DNA of 64,000 nt, from positions 22,389 through 86,388 of the forward strand of contig JBGTKY010000018.1 in assembly GCA_041744395.1 (NCBI GenBank). The letters are read 5' to 3'. Position 1 is the stretch's first letter; the number at the start of each line of letters is the position of its first letter. The stretch comes from Pyrinomonadaceae bacterium (lineage in GTDB: Bacteria > Acidobacteriota > Blastocatellia > Pyrinomonadales > Pyrinomonadaceae). Position numbers and translations under genes: made by a program. The notes beneath the pieces were generated by a model. It saw only the letters and a list, made by a program, of their open reading frames with translations, did not search any database and had not been told where the DNA came from. Shown in pieces: positions 29,696 to 42,264 of the stretch.

Positions 29696-30042
29696 TCCGG
29701 TTTCTGACCGACGAAGACTTCGATGGCCGGATCGTTCGAGGTCTGCAACGGCGTGTGCCTGACATCGATATTGCGCGGTGCCAGGACGTAGGATTGCGGA
29801 CGCTTCACGATCGTCAGCTATTGGATTTCGCTGCCAAAAATGACCGCGTCTTGCTAACGCACGACATCCGTACCATGTCGGCGTTCGCGGCTGAGCGGAT
29901 AGCACGCTCACAGAAAATGCCGGGCATCATTCTGGTTCCGCAAGACGTTCCAATACGTCAGGTGATCGAGGAAATAGAGCTGATAGCTCTATGTGCAGAA
30001 CCCGAAGATCTGATCGATCAGATCAAAAGAATTCCGCTTTAG
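29692..30042 (+). CDS. DUF5615-family PIN-like protein (toxin-like partner)
   Basis: MIRFLTDEDFDGRIVRGLQRRVPDIDIARCQDVGL...RVLLTHD, the typical DUF5615/Mut7-C-like N-terminus. Confidence 0.75.
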   Translation: MIRFLTDEDFDGRIVRGLQRRVPDIDIARCQDVGLRTLHDRQLLDFAAKNDRVLLTHDIRTMSAFAAERIARSQKMPGIILVPQDVPIRQVIEEIELIALCAEPEDLIDQIKRIPL

Positions 30043-30059
30043 CAAATTGAGTATCGCTC

Positions 30060-31493
30060 ATGATCCGTATTCCCGATCAAAATGTTTCGATCGTAATGGC
30101 TGAGCGGCATCTAGGAAAACTATCGATGCCTGATCTTGCGGTCAGGGCGTTGGAGCTCGGTTATGACTCGAGGAGCCTAAGAATGCTCGCGGCGACGTTA
30201 CCGAGCGAACCCTCGTCCGTTATCGATGACCTATACCGACGATCCGTAAACGAACTAGGTTGGGGCGAGATACGTTCGGATGACTATCTTATCGAGTATG
30301 ATAAGTTCGTTGCTCGTGGAATTTTAGCGGATCGTATCGATGCGATATCTGGATCGAAAGACTTGCACCGGATACTCTATGAAACGGACCACGATCCGCT
30401 ACTGCATGCGTCGCATGAGATCGATGAAATGATCTTCTCGCAAGAGTACGAAAAGAAGTCGGGTGAAAAAGGATATTTCTTCAGATCGACCAATGAGATA
30501 AACAGTTTTATAAAAGGAGCTTGTTCCGACCTTCTCGATCGTGCCCAGGGAAAAGTTGCAGAGTTACCTGAGACCACGTTCGAAGAAGCTGAATCCTATC
30601 TGGAAGAATTTTTAGGAAAGTGCGGACTGCCGAAAGAGTTGGTATGGCTATGTTTGCTTGATAGTCTGATGTTTGCTTTGCCGTTGATTTCCTTTATAGC
30701 ATTTATGAGCGGGACCGGCCGGATCGGCACGCTAGAATGGGGGAGTTGGAAAGGTAAGGTGGTATCGCTGCTCGGTCCTTTTCGCAGTTTTAACTCTCCG
30801 ATCGATGCTATCTGGGTTTTTGGCTTGATAGTGGGATTTATTGTCATTGTTCGGTTTGGTAAACCACGTGTCGAGAGCAATCTTTTCGCTTGCGGGATAG
30901 TATTCCTAGTGATTTCATTCGTCGCTCCGACCACTCTCTTTACTGTTGTTTTCGCTGACATTCGGGTTATCCTTCCGGGTCTGGTTCTGCTTGCTTTGTC
31001 ATTTAGTGCAAGTGAATTGCCCAAGTGGAAATATGCTTTTCTGCTTCCAATGATCTGCATAATTCTTGCCCGGCAGGCTTCGATAGCGCATGGCTGGATC
31101 CAGGTTGCTTCGGATGTCGAACAACAGCGCCAACTTCTGGAGAAAGTAGAGCCTGAGTCGAGAATCTATCCAATGTTCATTCATCGTGAAGGGCAACCTT
31201 TTGAGCGCTTCGAACATTCGATGGAGTTCGTAGCTCTATATGCAACTGTTCAGAGACATTCAGTTCTACCGACTCTTTATGCGATCAAAGGGCAGCAACC
31301 ATTGAACTTTCGCAACCCCGAACAACAGTCGATGCTAAAAGGTGATCTTGACTCGAAAAAGCCAAGATGCTCGCTTGATAACTACGATTATGTTTGGGCC
31401 TATGGAGTAGACCAGAAAACAATAACCACGCTGAACTTTTGCGCGGATTTGATCGCAACGCATTCCAAAGCAACAGTATGGAAACTGCGATAA
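30060..31493 (+). CDS. hypothetical membrane protein (soluble ~190-aa N-domain + multiple TM helices)
   Basis: 477-aa ORF, visibly AT-richer than neighbours, with at least 5 hydrophobic helices between residues ~195 and 340. No family recognised. Confidence 0.5.
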   Translation: MIRIPDQNVSIVMAERHLGKLSMPDLAVRALELGYDSRSLRMLAATLPSEPSSVIDDLYRRSVNELGWGEIRSDDYLIEYDKFVARGILADRIDAISGSKDLHRILYETDHDPLLHASHEIDEMIFSQEYEKKSGEKGYFFRSTNEINSFIKGACSDLLDRAQGKVAELPETTFEEAESYLEEFLGKCGLPKELVWLCLLDSLMFALPLISFIAFMSGTGRIGTLEWGSWKGKVVSLLGPFRSFNSPIDAIWVFGLIVGFIVIVRFGKPRVESNLFACGIVFLVISFVAPTTLFTVVFADIRVILPGLVLLALSFSASELPKWKYAFLLPMICIILARQASIAHGWIQVASDVEQQRQLLEKVEPESRIYPMFIHREGQPFERFEHSMEFVALYATVQRHSVLPTLYAIKGQQPLNFRNPEQQSMLKGDLDSKKPRCSLDNYDYVWAYGVDQKTITTLNFCADLIATHSKATVWKLR

Positions 31494-31547
31494 AGTAACG
31501 ACTTTAGCTTGAGAAATTCAAAGGCAACAATATCGGTACCGAAAGTG

Positions 31548-31574
31548 AAAAGGCCCCGCAAATGCGAGGCCTTT
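31548..31574. terminator. bidirectional hairpin between convergent genes
   Basis: AAAGGCC-C-CGCA-AA-TGCG-A-GGCCTTT. The minus-strand reading is followed by TTTTCACTTTC. Confidence 0.45.
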
Positions 31575-31600
31575 CCGTTATTCTATTCACTATCGGCCAA

Positions 31601-32995
<1,395 letters not shown>

Positions 32996-33008
32996 TGAAT
33001 CGTTCTGC

Positions 33009-34163
33009 TTAAACTGTCGCCGCTTCGCTGAGTGCACTTCGCAGGGCCTCGACCTTGTCGGTCTTTTCCCACGAGAAACCATCACGGCCGAAGTGGCCAA
33101 AACGTGAGGTTTCCTTGAAGATCGGCTTGCGAAGGTCAAGGGTTTCGATGATGCCTTTCGGTGTGAGCGAGAAGATCTTGCGAACTGCTTCAGCAAGCTT
33201 GACCTCGTCGACCTGGCCCGTTCGGTGTGTATCTATATATACCGAAACCGGTTCGGCAACGCCGATCGCGTACGCGAGCTGGACCGTACATTTATCAGCA
33301 AGGCCCGACGCAACGATGTTCTTGGCGATGTAGCGAGCCATGTAAGTTGCTGAGCGGTCAACCTTTGTCGGATCTTTGCCTGAGAAGGCACCGCCGCCGT
33401 GCGGAGCATATCCGCCGTATGTGTCAACGATGATCTTGCGTCCAGTCAGGCCCGCGTCGCCCATCGGGCCGCCAACTACAAAGCGTCCGGTCGGGTTGAT
33501 GTGAAATTTGGTGTTTTCGTCAAGAAGTTCGGCAGGGATCGTGGACTTTATGACACGATTCAGGATATCTTCGCGGAGCAATTCGGTCGTAACGTCATCC
33601 GAATGCTGCGATGAGATAACGACTGCGTCTACTCGCAGCGGCTTGCCATCCTTATATTCCACCGTAACCTGCGATTTCCCGTCTGGCCGCAAATAGGGAA
33701 GTTCCTCACTGCGGCGAACCTCGGAGAGCTTCATCGTCAGATCGTGAGCAAGCTTGATCGGCAGCGGCATCAGCTCCGGCGTTTCATTACACGCAAAGCC
33801 GAACATCAAGCCCTGATCGCCCGCACCGCCCGTATCAACACCCTGAGCGATGTCAGGCGACTGCGTGCCAACGGCATCGACAACCGAACACGTATTCGAA
33901 TCATACCCGAACGAGGCATCGTTATATCCGATCTCATGGATCGTATCGCGTACGATCTGTTTATAATTCACCCGGGCGTCCGTCGTGATCTCACCGGCGA
34001 TGACCGCTAAACCCGTGGTGACAAGGGTTTCACATGCAACACGTGCCATCGGATCCTGCGAAAGGATCGCGTCCAGCACCGCATCTGATATTTGGTCAGC
34101 AATTTTGTCCGGGTGGCCTTCTGTGACCGACTCGGACGTAAAAAGAAAGTTTCCGTTACTCAA
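33009..34163 (-). CDS. metK: S-adenosylmethionine synthetase
   Basis: [55 protein letters not shown] start 8 nt downstream of TAGGAGT. Confidence 0.95.
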   Translation of the reverse strand: MSNGNFLFTSESVTEGHPDKIADQISDAVLDAILSQDPMARVACETLVTTGLAVIAGEITTDARVNYKQIVRDTIHEIGYNDASFGYDSNTCSVVDAVGTQSPDIAQGVDTGGAGDQGLMFGFACNETPELMPLPIKLAHDLTMKLSEVRRSEELPYLRPDGKSQVTVEYKDGKPLRVDAVVISSQHSDDVTTELLREDILNRVIKSTIPAELLDENTKFHINPTGRFVVGGPMGDAGLTGRKIIVDTYGGYAPHGGGAFSGKDPTKVDRSATYMARYIAKNIVASGLADKCTVQLAYAIGVAEPVSVYIDTHRTGQVDEVKLAEAVRKIFSLTPKGIIETLDLRKPIFKETSRFGHFGRDGFSWEKTDKVEALRSALSEAATV

Positions 34164-34220
34164 TTTGCGACTCCTATTTGCTTAGTATTAAAGACATCTG
34201 TAGCTGATAACAAAACGACA

Positions 34221-34249
34221 ATCTTATCTTTTTTCCACAACGGTGTCAA
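34221..34249 (-). promoter_or_regulatory. sigma70-like promoter candidate for metK
   Basis: On the minus strand: TTGACA (34249-34244), 17-nt spacer, TAAGAT (34226-34221). It lies about 58 nt upstream of the TTG start. Confidence 0.35.
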
Positions 34250-34402
34250 AATGAGAAGAGGGCGTTAAGGGAAGTTGAGGCGTGGTGTGATGAGAAAAAG
34301 TAGGTGCTAACGCATCTTATGCGTTGCGTCTGATAATAGAGATTATGTAATCGCTTGGATGGGAAGTGGCCAAATGGCTGCTTAAGGAGACTGACGGCCA
34401 CA

Positions 34403-35242
34403 CTATGTCCCTTTAACATTCTCGAACACCCTTTTCAAGACCTTCAGGACCATAGCCCGATTGTTGTCAGTTGGAATACTGAAATCAATCGTCAAATTAA
34501 AATCGGAGGACGAGAACGAATACGTCGCCGAACCATTTTCACTCTCGCCTTTTTTCGTTACCGATGCCGCTTTCACATTATGTTTAGGTGTCGACGAGGA
34601 TTTGCCAACCGTCTTGCCGGACGACAGGCCGTCTAAATACTTGTGCATCGCCGCCTCGTCAAACTGACGAGCGACCGCAAGTAGGGCTGACTTTGTGTTT
34701 ATTTTAGAAGCATGACATTTTCCGCGGATTACTTTTGGTAAACCGGCGATCGTCATGAGCTCGGTGACGGAAGATCGGCTTTTGCTGATCTTTTGGGCGA
34801 TCTGTTCCTGGGTGTAACCAAATTTTTCGGCGAGAGCGGCCAGTCCGTCGGCTTCTTCCCAGACGTTTAAGTCTTTTCGCTGAAGGTTCTCGATCAGGGC
34901 GATCTCAGCAACGCCATTTTCGTCGAGATCCATTTCTATGCATGGAACCTCAGTTAATCCTGCTAGTTTTGCTGACCGCCAACGCCGTTCACCAGCAATG
35001 ATCATCCATTTTCCAGCCCCGGCGATGGGTTTGACCAAAAGCGGCTCGAGGACGCCTTTCTCCTTGATGGACGCCGACAATTCGGAAAGATCACCGATCT
35101 CGCGTCGAGGTTGTTCGGGATTTGGCTCGATCAGATCGATATTGATCTTACGGCCGATCGTACTTATTGGAGCTGCGATGGTATCGACGTAATGGGCATC
35201 ATGCCGCATTTGCACGCCGACCGGAAGTCCTCTTTTCGACAC
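34403..35242 (-). CDS. parB: ParB/Spo0J-family partition protein
   Basis: IDLIEPNPEQPRREI, GVLEPLLVKP, IIAGERRWRSAKLAGL, and an HTH region (QEQIAQKISKSRSSVTELM). The start is uncertain: the ORF overlaps parA by 44 nt. Confidence 0.85.
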   Translation of the reverse strand: MSKRGLPVGVQMRHDAHYVDTIAAPISTIGRKINIDLIEPNPEQPRREIGDLSELSASIKEKGVLEPLLVKPIAGAGKWMIIAGERRWRSAKLAGLTEVPCIEMDLDENGVAEIALIENLQRKDLNVWEEADGLAALAEKFGYTQEQIAQKISKSRSSVTELMTIAGLPKVIRGKCHASKINTKSALLAVARQFDEAAMHKYLDGLSSGKTVGKSSSTPKHNVKAASVTKKGESENGSATYSFSSSDFNLTIDFSIPTDNNRAMVLKVLKRVFENVKGT

Positions 35243-35990
35243 GTTTTAATACCTCCTTTGCAAGACTTTCGTATTCGACCGCACCCGAGGAGCGCGGCGC
35301 ATACTCAAAGATCGCCTTTTTGTGGGCCGGTGATTCTTCCAACCGAACGCTGCGGGTTATTGTGGTTTTGAAAGTCTTGTCGCCAAACACCTTTCGTATA
35401 TGGTTTTCCACATCTTTCGAAAGTGCTGTCCGCTTGTCCACCAGCGTAACCAGAACGCCTAGAAGTTCTAGCTCGGGGTTAGGCCGCGACCTCACCTTCT
35501 CTATCGTTTCTAATAGGTCGTCAGTTCCCTCCAATGCGAAATACGAGCTTTGGATCGGAATAAGAACATGCTGAGCAGCAACCAGAGCGTTTACGGTTAT
35601 CATCCCTAGGGTAGGCGGCGTATCGATTATTACTATGTCATAATCCCCGATTATCGGCTTCAGCCGGTCGCGCAGCCGATATGCGGCGTCGAAATCCCCG
35701 AGCAGCTTCGCCTCAAGTTTCGCTAAATTTATCCTTGCCGGAATTAGATGTAACTTCTCAAGCGATGTTTCGTAAATTAGAGAAGATAAAGGTTTATCTA
35801 ATTCCGTAAAGAGTTCAAATGAACCGTCCTCAACCCTTTCTGGAGCTATAAAGGATAGCGTCGTATTACTTTGCGGATCGAGGTCGATCATCAGTACGCG
35901 TTTCTTTTTCGCGGCGCAGGCGGCCGCAAGGTTGATCGCGGTAGTGGTCTTTCCAACCCCGCCTTTTTGATTAGCGATTGTGATGATCAT
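35199..35990 (-). CDS. parA: ParA/Soj-family partition ATPase
   Basis: Deviant Walker A: MIITIANQKGGVGKTTTAINLAAA. Also DLDPQSN and IIDTPP. Confidence 0.9.
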   Translation of the reverse strand: MIITIANQKGGVGKTTTAINLAAACAAKKKRVLMIDLDPQSNTTLSFIAPERVEDGSFELFTELDKPLSSLIYETSLEKLHLIPARINLAKLEAKLLGDFDAAYRLRDRLKPIIGDYDIVIIDTPPTLGMITVNALVAAQHVLIPIQSSYFALEGTDDLLETIEKVRSRPNPELELLGVLVTLVDKRTALSKDVENHIRKVFGDKTFKTTITRSVRLEESPAHKKAIFEYAPRSSGAVEYESLAKEVLKRVEKRTSGRRANAA

Positions 35991-36009
35991 TAATTTAATC
36001 GTGGAAACC

Positions 36010-36498
36010 CTATCCGATCACTTCGGGCCAGTCTTCGGGCGCGGGACCCAGTTCATCCGGTTCCGGCCCTTGGTCCTCTTTCGCAGATCTCGCCGACAGG
36101 TCGAGCACTTCCCTTCGAACAAAAATGGGGCAATCGAGTCGAAGCGCCAACGCAATGGCGTCCGATGGTCTGGAGTCTATAACGACGAGGCTCCCGTTAG
36201 AATTCGTCAGCTCGATCGTGGCGTAAAACGTGTTTTCGAGGAGTTCGGTAACGATCACGCGTGAGGCTGCAAGGCCGCATTCCATTATCACATTTCGCAG
36301 AAGGTCGTGCGTCATCGGTCGTTGCGGAACGATCTTTTCGATCTCAAGGGCGATCGCATTGGCTTCGAACGCACCGACCCAGATCGGCAAAACCGTCTCT
36401 GAATCGATGCCTTTGAGTACCACTATCGGCGAATTCGTGTTCGGGTCCATGATCAGGGCCCCGATACGCATTTCGACCAGTTGCATTTCTTCGGACAC
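36010..36498 (-). CDS. bifunctional nuclease (BFN/DUF151) family protein
   Basis: VVLKGIDSETVLPIWVGAFEANAIALEIEKIVPQRPMTHDLL is the characteristic DUF151 block. Confidence 0.8.
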   Translation of the reverse strand: MSEEMQLVEMRIGALIMDPNTNSPIVVLKGIDSETVLPIWVGAFEANAIALEIEKIVPQRPMTHDLLRNVIMECGLAASRVIVTELLENTFYATIELTNSNGSLVVIDSRPSDAIALALRLDCPIFVRREVLDLSARSAKEDQGPEPDELGPAPEDWPEVIG

Positions 36499-37826
36499 TA
36501 AGCAACCACCTCTCCAAACAATGAATTCGTTTTGATCTCGTTCACCTTTATGTTGACGATGGTTCCAAGCATATCACTTGTACCGGCGAAATTCACAACG
36601 CGATGACAAGTCGAATGCCCGGTCAGATCCTCACCGGATTTGGTGGAAAGCCTCTCGGCCAGGACACTAACTTCACGCCCTAAATATGCATTCATGCGCT
36701 TCATCTGCAAACTGCGCTGAACATTTTCCAATTCGAGGAAACGCTCCGTCTTCACTCTCAAAGGTACGTCATCCTCCATCTCGTATGCCGGAGTTCCCGG
36801 CCTCGGAGAGTATCGGAAGATGTAAGCCGCATCGTATTCACAATACTCAGCAAGCTTGACGGTCTCAATAAAATCCTCATCGGTCTCGCCGGGAAATCCG
36901 ACAATTATGTCTGTGGTAATCGAAATATCGCGATTCGAAGAACGCACCTTATCGATTCGTTTTCTATAGCTTTCGACAGTGTGAAGCCGTTTCATCGCTT
37001 GCAGGACGCGATCGCTGCCGGATTGGACAGGCAAATGCACCCAGTTGCAAAGGTTCTCATTTTCATCGATCGCGTCAACGATGTCCGGATGAAAATCACG
37101 CGGGAAGGAGGTATTGAACTTGATCCGCTCGATCCCGGTCGCGGCTACGGCTCGTAAAAGCCGTGAAAAAGGCGTAGCTCCGACAAAACCTTCTAGGCCA
37201 GAGTCAGTCTTCGGCCTGTAGCTGTTCACATTCTGGCCGATCAGATGCACCTCTTTAACCCCATCACGGCGAAGTTCCAGCACCTGCCGAATGATCTCCG
37301 ATGCAGGCAGACTCGTTTCCCTTCCTCGAGAAAACGGAACGATGCAATACGTGCAAAACTTATTACAACCTTCGATTATCGGAACAAACGCGACGTATCG
37401 CGAGTGCCGTTGATCATCAGCGACGATCCAATCATAATCTACTTCACGTTCGCCCAGATCGGCGTGGCCGGGACCATTTTCCAAAACGTTGTGGATCGCT
37501 TCCGACACACGTCCGACCGCGCGCGTACCCAACACAAAATCGACGCCCTCGATCTTCTGGAAGAGGCTTTCGCCTTCCAATTGTGCAACGCAACCCATGA
37601 TGCCAATAACAGGCTTTTCGCGTTCCGAATGCCTTATTCTGCCAACCTTGGAGTAAAGCTTCTGTTCGGCCTTTTCACGCACGGAGCAAGTGTTTATAAG
37701 GATAATATCGGCATTTTCCTGATTGCTGGTGATTGAAAAACCTTGGGCTGCAAGCGTGCTCGCGACACGTTCCGAATCCGAAACGTTCATTTGACACCCA
37801 TAAGTTTCAAGGTAGACTTTCTTCAT
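36498..37826 (-). CDS. miaB: tRNA (N6-isopentenyl-A37) methylthiotransferase MiaB
   Basis: MKKVYLETYGCQMNVSDSE (UPF0004 domain), radical-SAM CNKFCTYCIVP, C-terminal TRAM domain. Confidence 0.9.
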   Translation of the reverse strand: MKKVYLETYGCQMNVSDSERVASTLAAQGFSITSNQENADIILINTCSVREKAEQKLYSKVGRIRHSEREKPVIGIMGCVAQLEGESLFQKIEGVDFVLGTRAVGRVSEAIHNVLENGPGHADLGEREVDYDWIVADDQRHSRYVAFVPIIEGCNKFCTYCIVPFSRGRETSLPASEIIRQVLELRRDGVKEVHLIGQNVNSYRPKTDSGLEGFVGATPFSRLLRAVAATGIERIKFNTSFPRDFHPDIVDAIDENENLCNWVHLPVQSGSDRVLQAMKRLHTVESYRKRIDKVRSSNRDISITTDIIVGFPGETDEDFIETVKLAEYCEYDAAYIFRYSPRPGTPAYEMEDDVPLRVKTERFLELENVQRSLQMKRMNAYLGREVSVLAERLSTKSGEDLTGHSTCHRVVNFAGTSDMLGTIVNIKVNEIKTNSLFGEVVA

Positions 37827-37840
37827 GCAGCTTGCTCAAA

Positions 37841-40800
37841 ATGGAGACCCCAAAGCTCAAAAAAAACGACTTCGTCCATCTGCATTTGCACTCGGATTAT
37901 AGCCTTTTGCAAAGCACAATCCAACTTAAGCCTTTGGCCAAGCGGGCTGCGGAACTTGAGATGGCGGCGTGCGCTCTGACCGACAAGGGGAATATGTTCG
38001 GGGCTATCTCGTTCTACAAAGAACTGAAGTCTGCCGGCGTCAAACCGATCATCGGCTACGAAGCCAATTTCGTCAGCGGTAGCCGCGAAGAGCGGTCGTC
38101 GTCGGTGGCTTCGGGCGAACGGGCGTTCTATCCGTTTGTCCTGCTCGCAGCCGACATGGCCGGATATCAGAACCTCGTCGACATCTCATCGCGAGCGTAT
38201 ACTGAAGGGCTCTATCATACCCGGGCGAGGGTCGATCTAGAACTTTTGGCCGGACGTTCTTCGGGATTGATCGCCTTGTCAGGCGGTTGGGCAGGCCCGA
38301 TCGCCCATTATCTCCAACAAGGCGCCGACGATAAAGCTGCTGCGGCGGCATCGCAATTCCGCGAAATCTTCGGGCCGGAAAGGTTCTTTTTGGAGATCGA
38401 ACATCACGACGTCAGCTTCGGCGCCGAGCTGAACAAAAAGATCGCCGATCTCGCCAAACGCCTTGATATTGGCCTCGTCGCGACAAACAACGTCCACTAC
38501 CTAAGCCAAGACGACGCCCGGGCGCACGAAGTTCTGATGTGCATCGGCGAAGGCCGCACGCTGAATGATCCTGCCCGTCCAACGTTGTCCGATCCCAGTT
38601 ATTACATGCGATCGGCCGCCGAGATGTGGGAGATCTTCGGCAGCGAATACCCTGCGGCTCTTGAGAATACGCTCAAGATCGCAGAGATGTGCGACCTCAA
38701 ACTCTCCATTGGCGACGCGGAACTCATTCTGCCGGAGTTTCCCATTCCCGTCGATTCCGGCTGCACAAACATCGACGAATATTTCCGCCTCATTGCTAAC
38801 GAAGGCCTCGTCGGTCGAAAAACCGCCGTCTTGGATCCGATGCTCGAACGCGGCCAGCTGAATCATCCGATCGAAGCATATCAAGAGCGGCTGGACCTGG
38901 AAATAAAAATCATTGAAGGAATGGGCTACTCCGGCTACTTCCTTATTGTCTGGGATTTCATTCGTTACGCCATCGAAAAGAACATTCCGGTCGGTCCCGG
39001 ACGCGGATCTGCCGCCGGCTCGCTCGTTGCTTATTCGATGGGAATCACCGACATCGATCCGCTACAATACGATCTTTTCTTCGAGCGTTTCCTTAACCCC
39101 GAACGTGTTTCGATGCCCGATATCGACATTGACTTCTGCATCCGCGGCCGCGGTGAGGTCATCAGCCACGTATCTGAGCTTTACGGGCGCGAATCTGTTT
39201 GCCAGATCATCACTTTCATGACGATGGCGTCGAAGGCGGCGATCAAGGACGTCGGCAGAGTGCTGAACATGCCGCTCCGCGATGTGGAAAAGGTCGCGAA
39301 GATGATCCCGCCGCCATTCCGCGGGCGAAACATCAGCATCTCGCAGGCGCTCGAACAAGTGCCTGAGCTTAAGGCCGCCGTCGACACGCAGCCGGAAGTT
39401 AAAGACCTGATAGAGCTCGCCCTTCGGCTCGAAGGCTGTTCGCGAAACACCTCCGTCCACGCTGCTGGCGTGGTCATCGCACCAAAGCCGCTTCACCAGA
39501 TCGTCCCCGTCGCCGTCTCGCAAAAGTACGAACTTACGAGCCAGTATCCGATGGGCGACCTCGAGAAGGTCGGGATGCTGAAGATGGACTTCCTCGGCCT
39601 CACGACGCTTACGATCATCGCCGACTGCCTGGCGACGCTACGCGAAAAAGAAAGCGTCGAGATCGATTGGACCAAGATCCCGCTGACCGACGAAAAGACG
39701 ATGCAGCTCTTTGGCGAGGGCAAGACCGACGCCGTCTTCCAGTTCGAATCGTCGGGCATGCAGGAGATCTGCCGCCGCCTCAAACCAAAAGAGCTCGAGG
39801 ACCTTTCCGCCCTGAACGCGCTGTATCGTCCCGGTCCTCTCGATGGCGGCATGGTCGAGGAATTCATCCTCCGTCACAAAGGCGAGAAAGAGGTCCAGTA
39901 CCTGATCCCCGAGATGGAGGACATCCTTCGCAACACCTACGGCGTGCTCGTCTATCAGGAACAGATCATGCAGCTCGCGCAAAAGCTCGCCGGTTATTCG
40001 CTTGGCGAAGCCGACCTGATGAGGCGGGCGATGGGCAAAAAGAATAAGGCCGAAATGGACGTCCATGAGCGCAAGTTCATCGACGGTGCGATCGAACGCG
40101 GTGTCGCGAAACGCCAGGCGAAAGAGATCTTCGACCTGATGGCGAAATTTGCCGATTACGGCTTCAACCGCAGCCACAGTATTGCCTACGCCTACCTCGC
40201 GTTTCAGACCGCGTATCTGAAGGCGCATCATCCCGCGCATTTCTACGCAGCCGTTCTTTCCCATGAAGCCGACGACAGCGCAAAGGTCTATAAATATTCC
40301 AACGAGCTTCGGTCGATGGGTCTTGAGCTGCTTCCGCCTGACGTAAACGAAAGCGACGAAGGCTTCACGCCCGCAGGCAGATCGGTCCGCTTCGGTCTGA
40401 GTGCGATAAAGGGCATGGGCATGGCGACGGCGCTTGCAATAATCGGCGCCCGGGGCGAAGGCCGCTTCAAATCGATCTACGATCTCGTCTCGCGGATCGG
40501 CCACGGTGCGATAAATCGGCGCAGCCTCGAATCGCTGATCGCCGCCGGTGCACTCGACACGATGCGGCCCGACGGCGTCGAAACGAACAAATGGCGGGCA
40601 CAGCTTTTTGCCGCCATCGACGACGCCTTATCCTATGGCCAGAGCGTCTGGAGCGACCGCGAACGCGGCCAGAGCGGTCTATTTGCCGTCGCCGCTGAAT
40701 CGTCCGAGCCCGACAACGACCGCCTGCCGGACGTGCCGCCGTGGACACAGGCAGAGATCGCCGCAAAGGAAAAGGCGACGGTCGGCTTTTACCTTTCCGT

Positions 40801-41374
40801 CCATCCGCTGGACGAATACAAAACCATTCTCGAGGGCCTTCGCGTTACGGCGATCGCCGATCACCCTGACATCTCCGCCGGACGCCAGATCGTCGTCGCG
40901 GGCGTCGTCTCGGCGCTTCAGGTCCGCTGGAGCAAGAAAGGTAACCGCTACGCGCAGTTTCGCATCGAGGACCAATCGACCGGATTAAAATGCCTGATGT
41001 GGGCCGAAGCCTACGGCAAATTCGCCGATGTTATCGAAAACGATGCCCTGCTGATCATCGAAGGCAAAGTGGAATCGGCCGACGGCCAGGAAGTGACGGT
41101 CATGGTTTCCGAGGTCCGCTCGCTTGCCGATTCGGTCTCGCGGCACGCACGCTCGGTTGTCATCGACGTTCCCGGCAGCGACGCCGAAGAATCATTTCTG
41201 CAGGAGCTGTGTTCGGTTCTGAACCAGAATTCCGGCCGCTGCGAGGTCTTCCTTCGGCTGATTGTCGGCGGCGTCAGTGCGAAGCTTATCTCCAATCCGC
41301 TTCGTGTCCAGGGTTCGCGGCAGCTGGAGAACCAGTTGAAAAAACTGGGATGTTCTGTAAAGTGGGAACTGTAA
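37841..41374 (+). CDS. dnaE: DNA polymerase III alpha subunit
   Basis: From the ATG at 37841: [25 protein letters not shown] (PHP domain). Polymerase core ([16 protein letters not shown]), OB fold. The 108-nt upstream extension in the track overlaps miaB and is rejected. Confidence 0.95.
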   Translation: METPKLKKNDFVHLHLHSDYSLLQSTIQLKPLAKRAAELEMAACALTDKGNMFGAISFYKELKSAGVKPIIGYEANFVSGSREERSSSVASGERAFYPFVLLAADMAGYQNLVDISSRAYTEGLYHTRARVDLELLAGRSSGLIALSGGWAGPIAHYLQQGADDKAAAAASQFREIFGPERFFLEIEHHDVSFGAELNKKIADLAKRLDIGLVATNNVHYLSQDDARAHEVLMCIGEGRTLNDPARPTLSDPSYYMRSAAEMWEIFGSEYPAALENTLKIAEMCDLKLSIGDAELILPEFPIPVDSGCTNIDEYFRLIANEGLVGRKTAVLDPMLERGQLNHPIEAYQERLDLEIKIIEGMGYSGYFLIVWDFIRYAIEKNIPVGPGRGSAAGSLVAYSMGITDIDPLQYDLFFERFLNPERVSMPDIDIDFCIRGRGEVISHVSELYGRESVCQIITFMTMASKAAIKDVGRVLNMPLRDVEKVAKMIPPPFRGRNISISQALEQVPELKAAVDTQPEVKDLIELALRLEGCSRNTSVHAAGVVIAPKPLHQIVPVAVSQKYELTSQYPMGDLEKVGMLKMDFLGLTTLTIIADCLATLREKESVEIDWTKIPLTDEKTMQLFGEGKTDAVFQFESSGMQEICRRLKPKELEDLSALNALYRPGPLDGGMVEEFILRHKGEKEVQYLIPEMEDILRNTYGVLVYQEQIMQLAQKLAGYSLGEADLMRRAMGKKNKAEMDVHERKFIDGAIERGVAKRQAKEIFDLMAKFADYGFNRSHSIAYAYLAFQTAYLKAHHPAHFYAAVLSHEADDSAKVYKYSNELRSMGLELLPPDVNESDEGFTPAGRSVRFGLSAIKGMGMATALAIIGARGEGRFKSIYDLVSRIGHGAINRRSLESLIAAGALDTMRPDGVETNKWRAQLFAAIDDALSYGQSVWSDRERGQSGLFAVAAESSEPDNDRLPDVPPWTQAEIAAKEKATVGFYLSVHPLDEYKTILEGLRVTAIADHPDISAGRQIVVAGVVSALQVRWSKKGNRYAQFRIEDQSTGLKCLMWAEAYGKFADVIENDALLIIEGKVESADGQEVTVMVSEVRSLADSVSRHARSVVIDVPGSDAEESFLQELCSVLNQNSGRCEVFLRLIVGGVSAKLISNPLRVQGSRQLENQLKKLGCSVKWEL

Positions 41375-41382
41375 CTAATCTC

Positions 41383-42225
41383 ATGGAACAACAAACACAG
41401 ATCGCATTTGACCGCGTACTGAACGCTCGCCACCCGGATCGGCCGTACACGCTTGATATTTTTAGCACGGTGTTTACAGACTTCGTCGAGATCCACGGCG
41501 ACCGGCGTTATGCCGACGACTCGGCGATGGTTTGCGGCTTCGCCCGGCTTGGGTCAAAAGAAGTTGCGGTCATCGGCCAGCAGAAAGGCCGCGATACTAA
41601 GCAGCGTCAGGTACGGAATTTCGGCATGCCTAAGCCCGAAGGTTACCGCAAGGCGCTTCGCCTTATGAAACTCGCCGCAAAGTTCGGCCGGCCGATCATC
41701 ACTTTCATCGACACGCCCGGTGCCTACCCAGGCATCGACGCAGAAGAGCGCGGCCAGGCCGAAGCGATCGCCTACAATCTGCGGGAGATGTCCGGGCTTC
41801 GCGTTCCGATCATCGTTGTCGTCATCGGCGAAGGCGGTTCCGGCGGTGCGCTTGCCATCGGAATCGGCGACCGCGTGATGATGATGGAGAATTCGGTCTA
41901 TTCGGTAATCTCGCCCGAAGGCTGCGCAGCGATCCTTTGGAAAGACGCCGCGAAGGCGAACACTGCCGCCGATTGCCTGCGTCTCACCGCCGAGGACCTC
42001 AAAGGCTTCGGTTTGATCGATGAGATAATTCCCGAACCCAAATCCTGGGCGATCGCTGCCGAAAGTGGCGACGATGCAAAAGAAAGGTCGGCCGCCTTTG
42101 AACAGATCTCCGCCACGCTCGCGACCGCCATCCAACGCGCGCTCCGCGACCTCGAATCCCAAACCGGCGACCAACTAGTAAAATCCCGCTTCCAAAAATT
42201 CCGAAAAATGGGCACCTGGCTCTAA
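41383..42225 (+). CDS. accA: acetyl-CoA carboxylase carboxyltransferase alpha subunit
   Basis: From the ATG at 41383: [25 protein letters not shown]..., then [38 protein letters not shown] and [10 protein letters not shown]. The upstream part of the track ORF (40990-) overlaps dnaE. Confidence 0.95.
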   Translation: MEQQTQIAFDRVLNARHPDRPYTLDIFSTVFTDFVEIHGDRRYADDSAMVCGFARLGSKEVAVIGQQKGRDTKQRQVRNFGMPKPEGYRKALRLMKLAAKFGRPIITFIDTPGAYPGIDAEERGQAEAIAYNLREMSGLRVPIIVVVIGEGGSGGALAIGIGDRVMMMENSVYSVISPEGCAAILWKDAAKANTAADCLRLTAEDLKGFGLIDEIIPEPKSWAIAAESGDDAKERSAAFEQISATLATAIQRALRDLESQTGDQLVKSRFQKFRKMGTWL

Positions 42226-42264
42226 GCCAGTAAGGCAACATTGCTATTCCGGGCGGCTTGGCTA

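Noticed and set aside
34164-34402. SAM riboswitch upstream of metK, and SAH riboswitch upstream of ahcY (32882-33008)
   Set aside because: I could not find the conserved SAM-I/SAM-II/SAM-Chlorobi or SAH cores. The best promoter candidate leaves only a ~50-nt leader for metK. The ahcY upstream region contains simple hairpins better explained as a metK terminator. An Rfam scan would settle this.
34403-37840. Replication origin or parS sites near parAB
   Set aside because: I found no TGTTTCACGTGAAACA-like parS palindrome or TTATCCACA DnaA-box cluster by eye. dnaA, dnaN and gidAB are absent from the window.
39638-40504. 288-aa minus-strand ORF, plus several 100-150-aa ORFs inside dnaE
   Set aside because: They are antisense to or out of frame with the clearly conserved DnaE coding sequence. 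They have low-complexity Arg/Ala-rich translations.
40990-41382. N-terminal 131-codon extension of the accA ORF, and the 36-codon extension of dnaE at 37733-37840
   Set aside because: The extensions overlap the preceding real genes (dnaE and miaB). Their Arg/Pro-rich sequence is not protein-like. Conserved AccA and DnaE N-termini begin at the internal ATGs 41383 and 37841.
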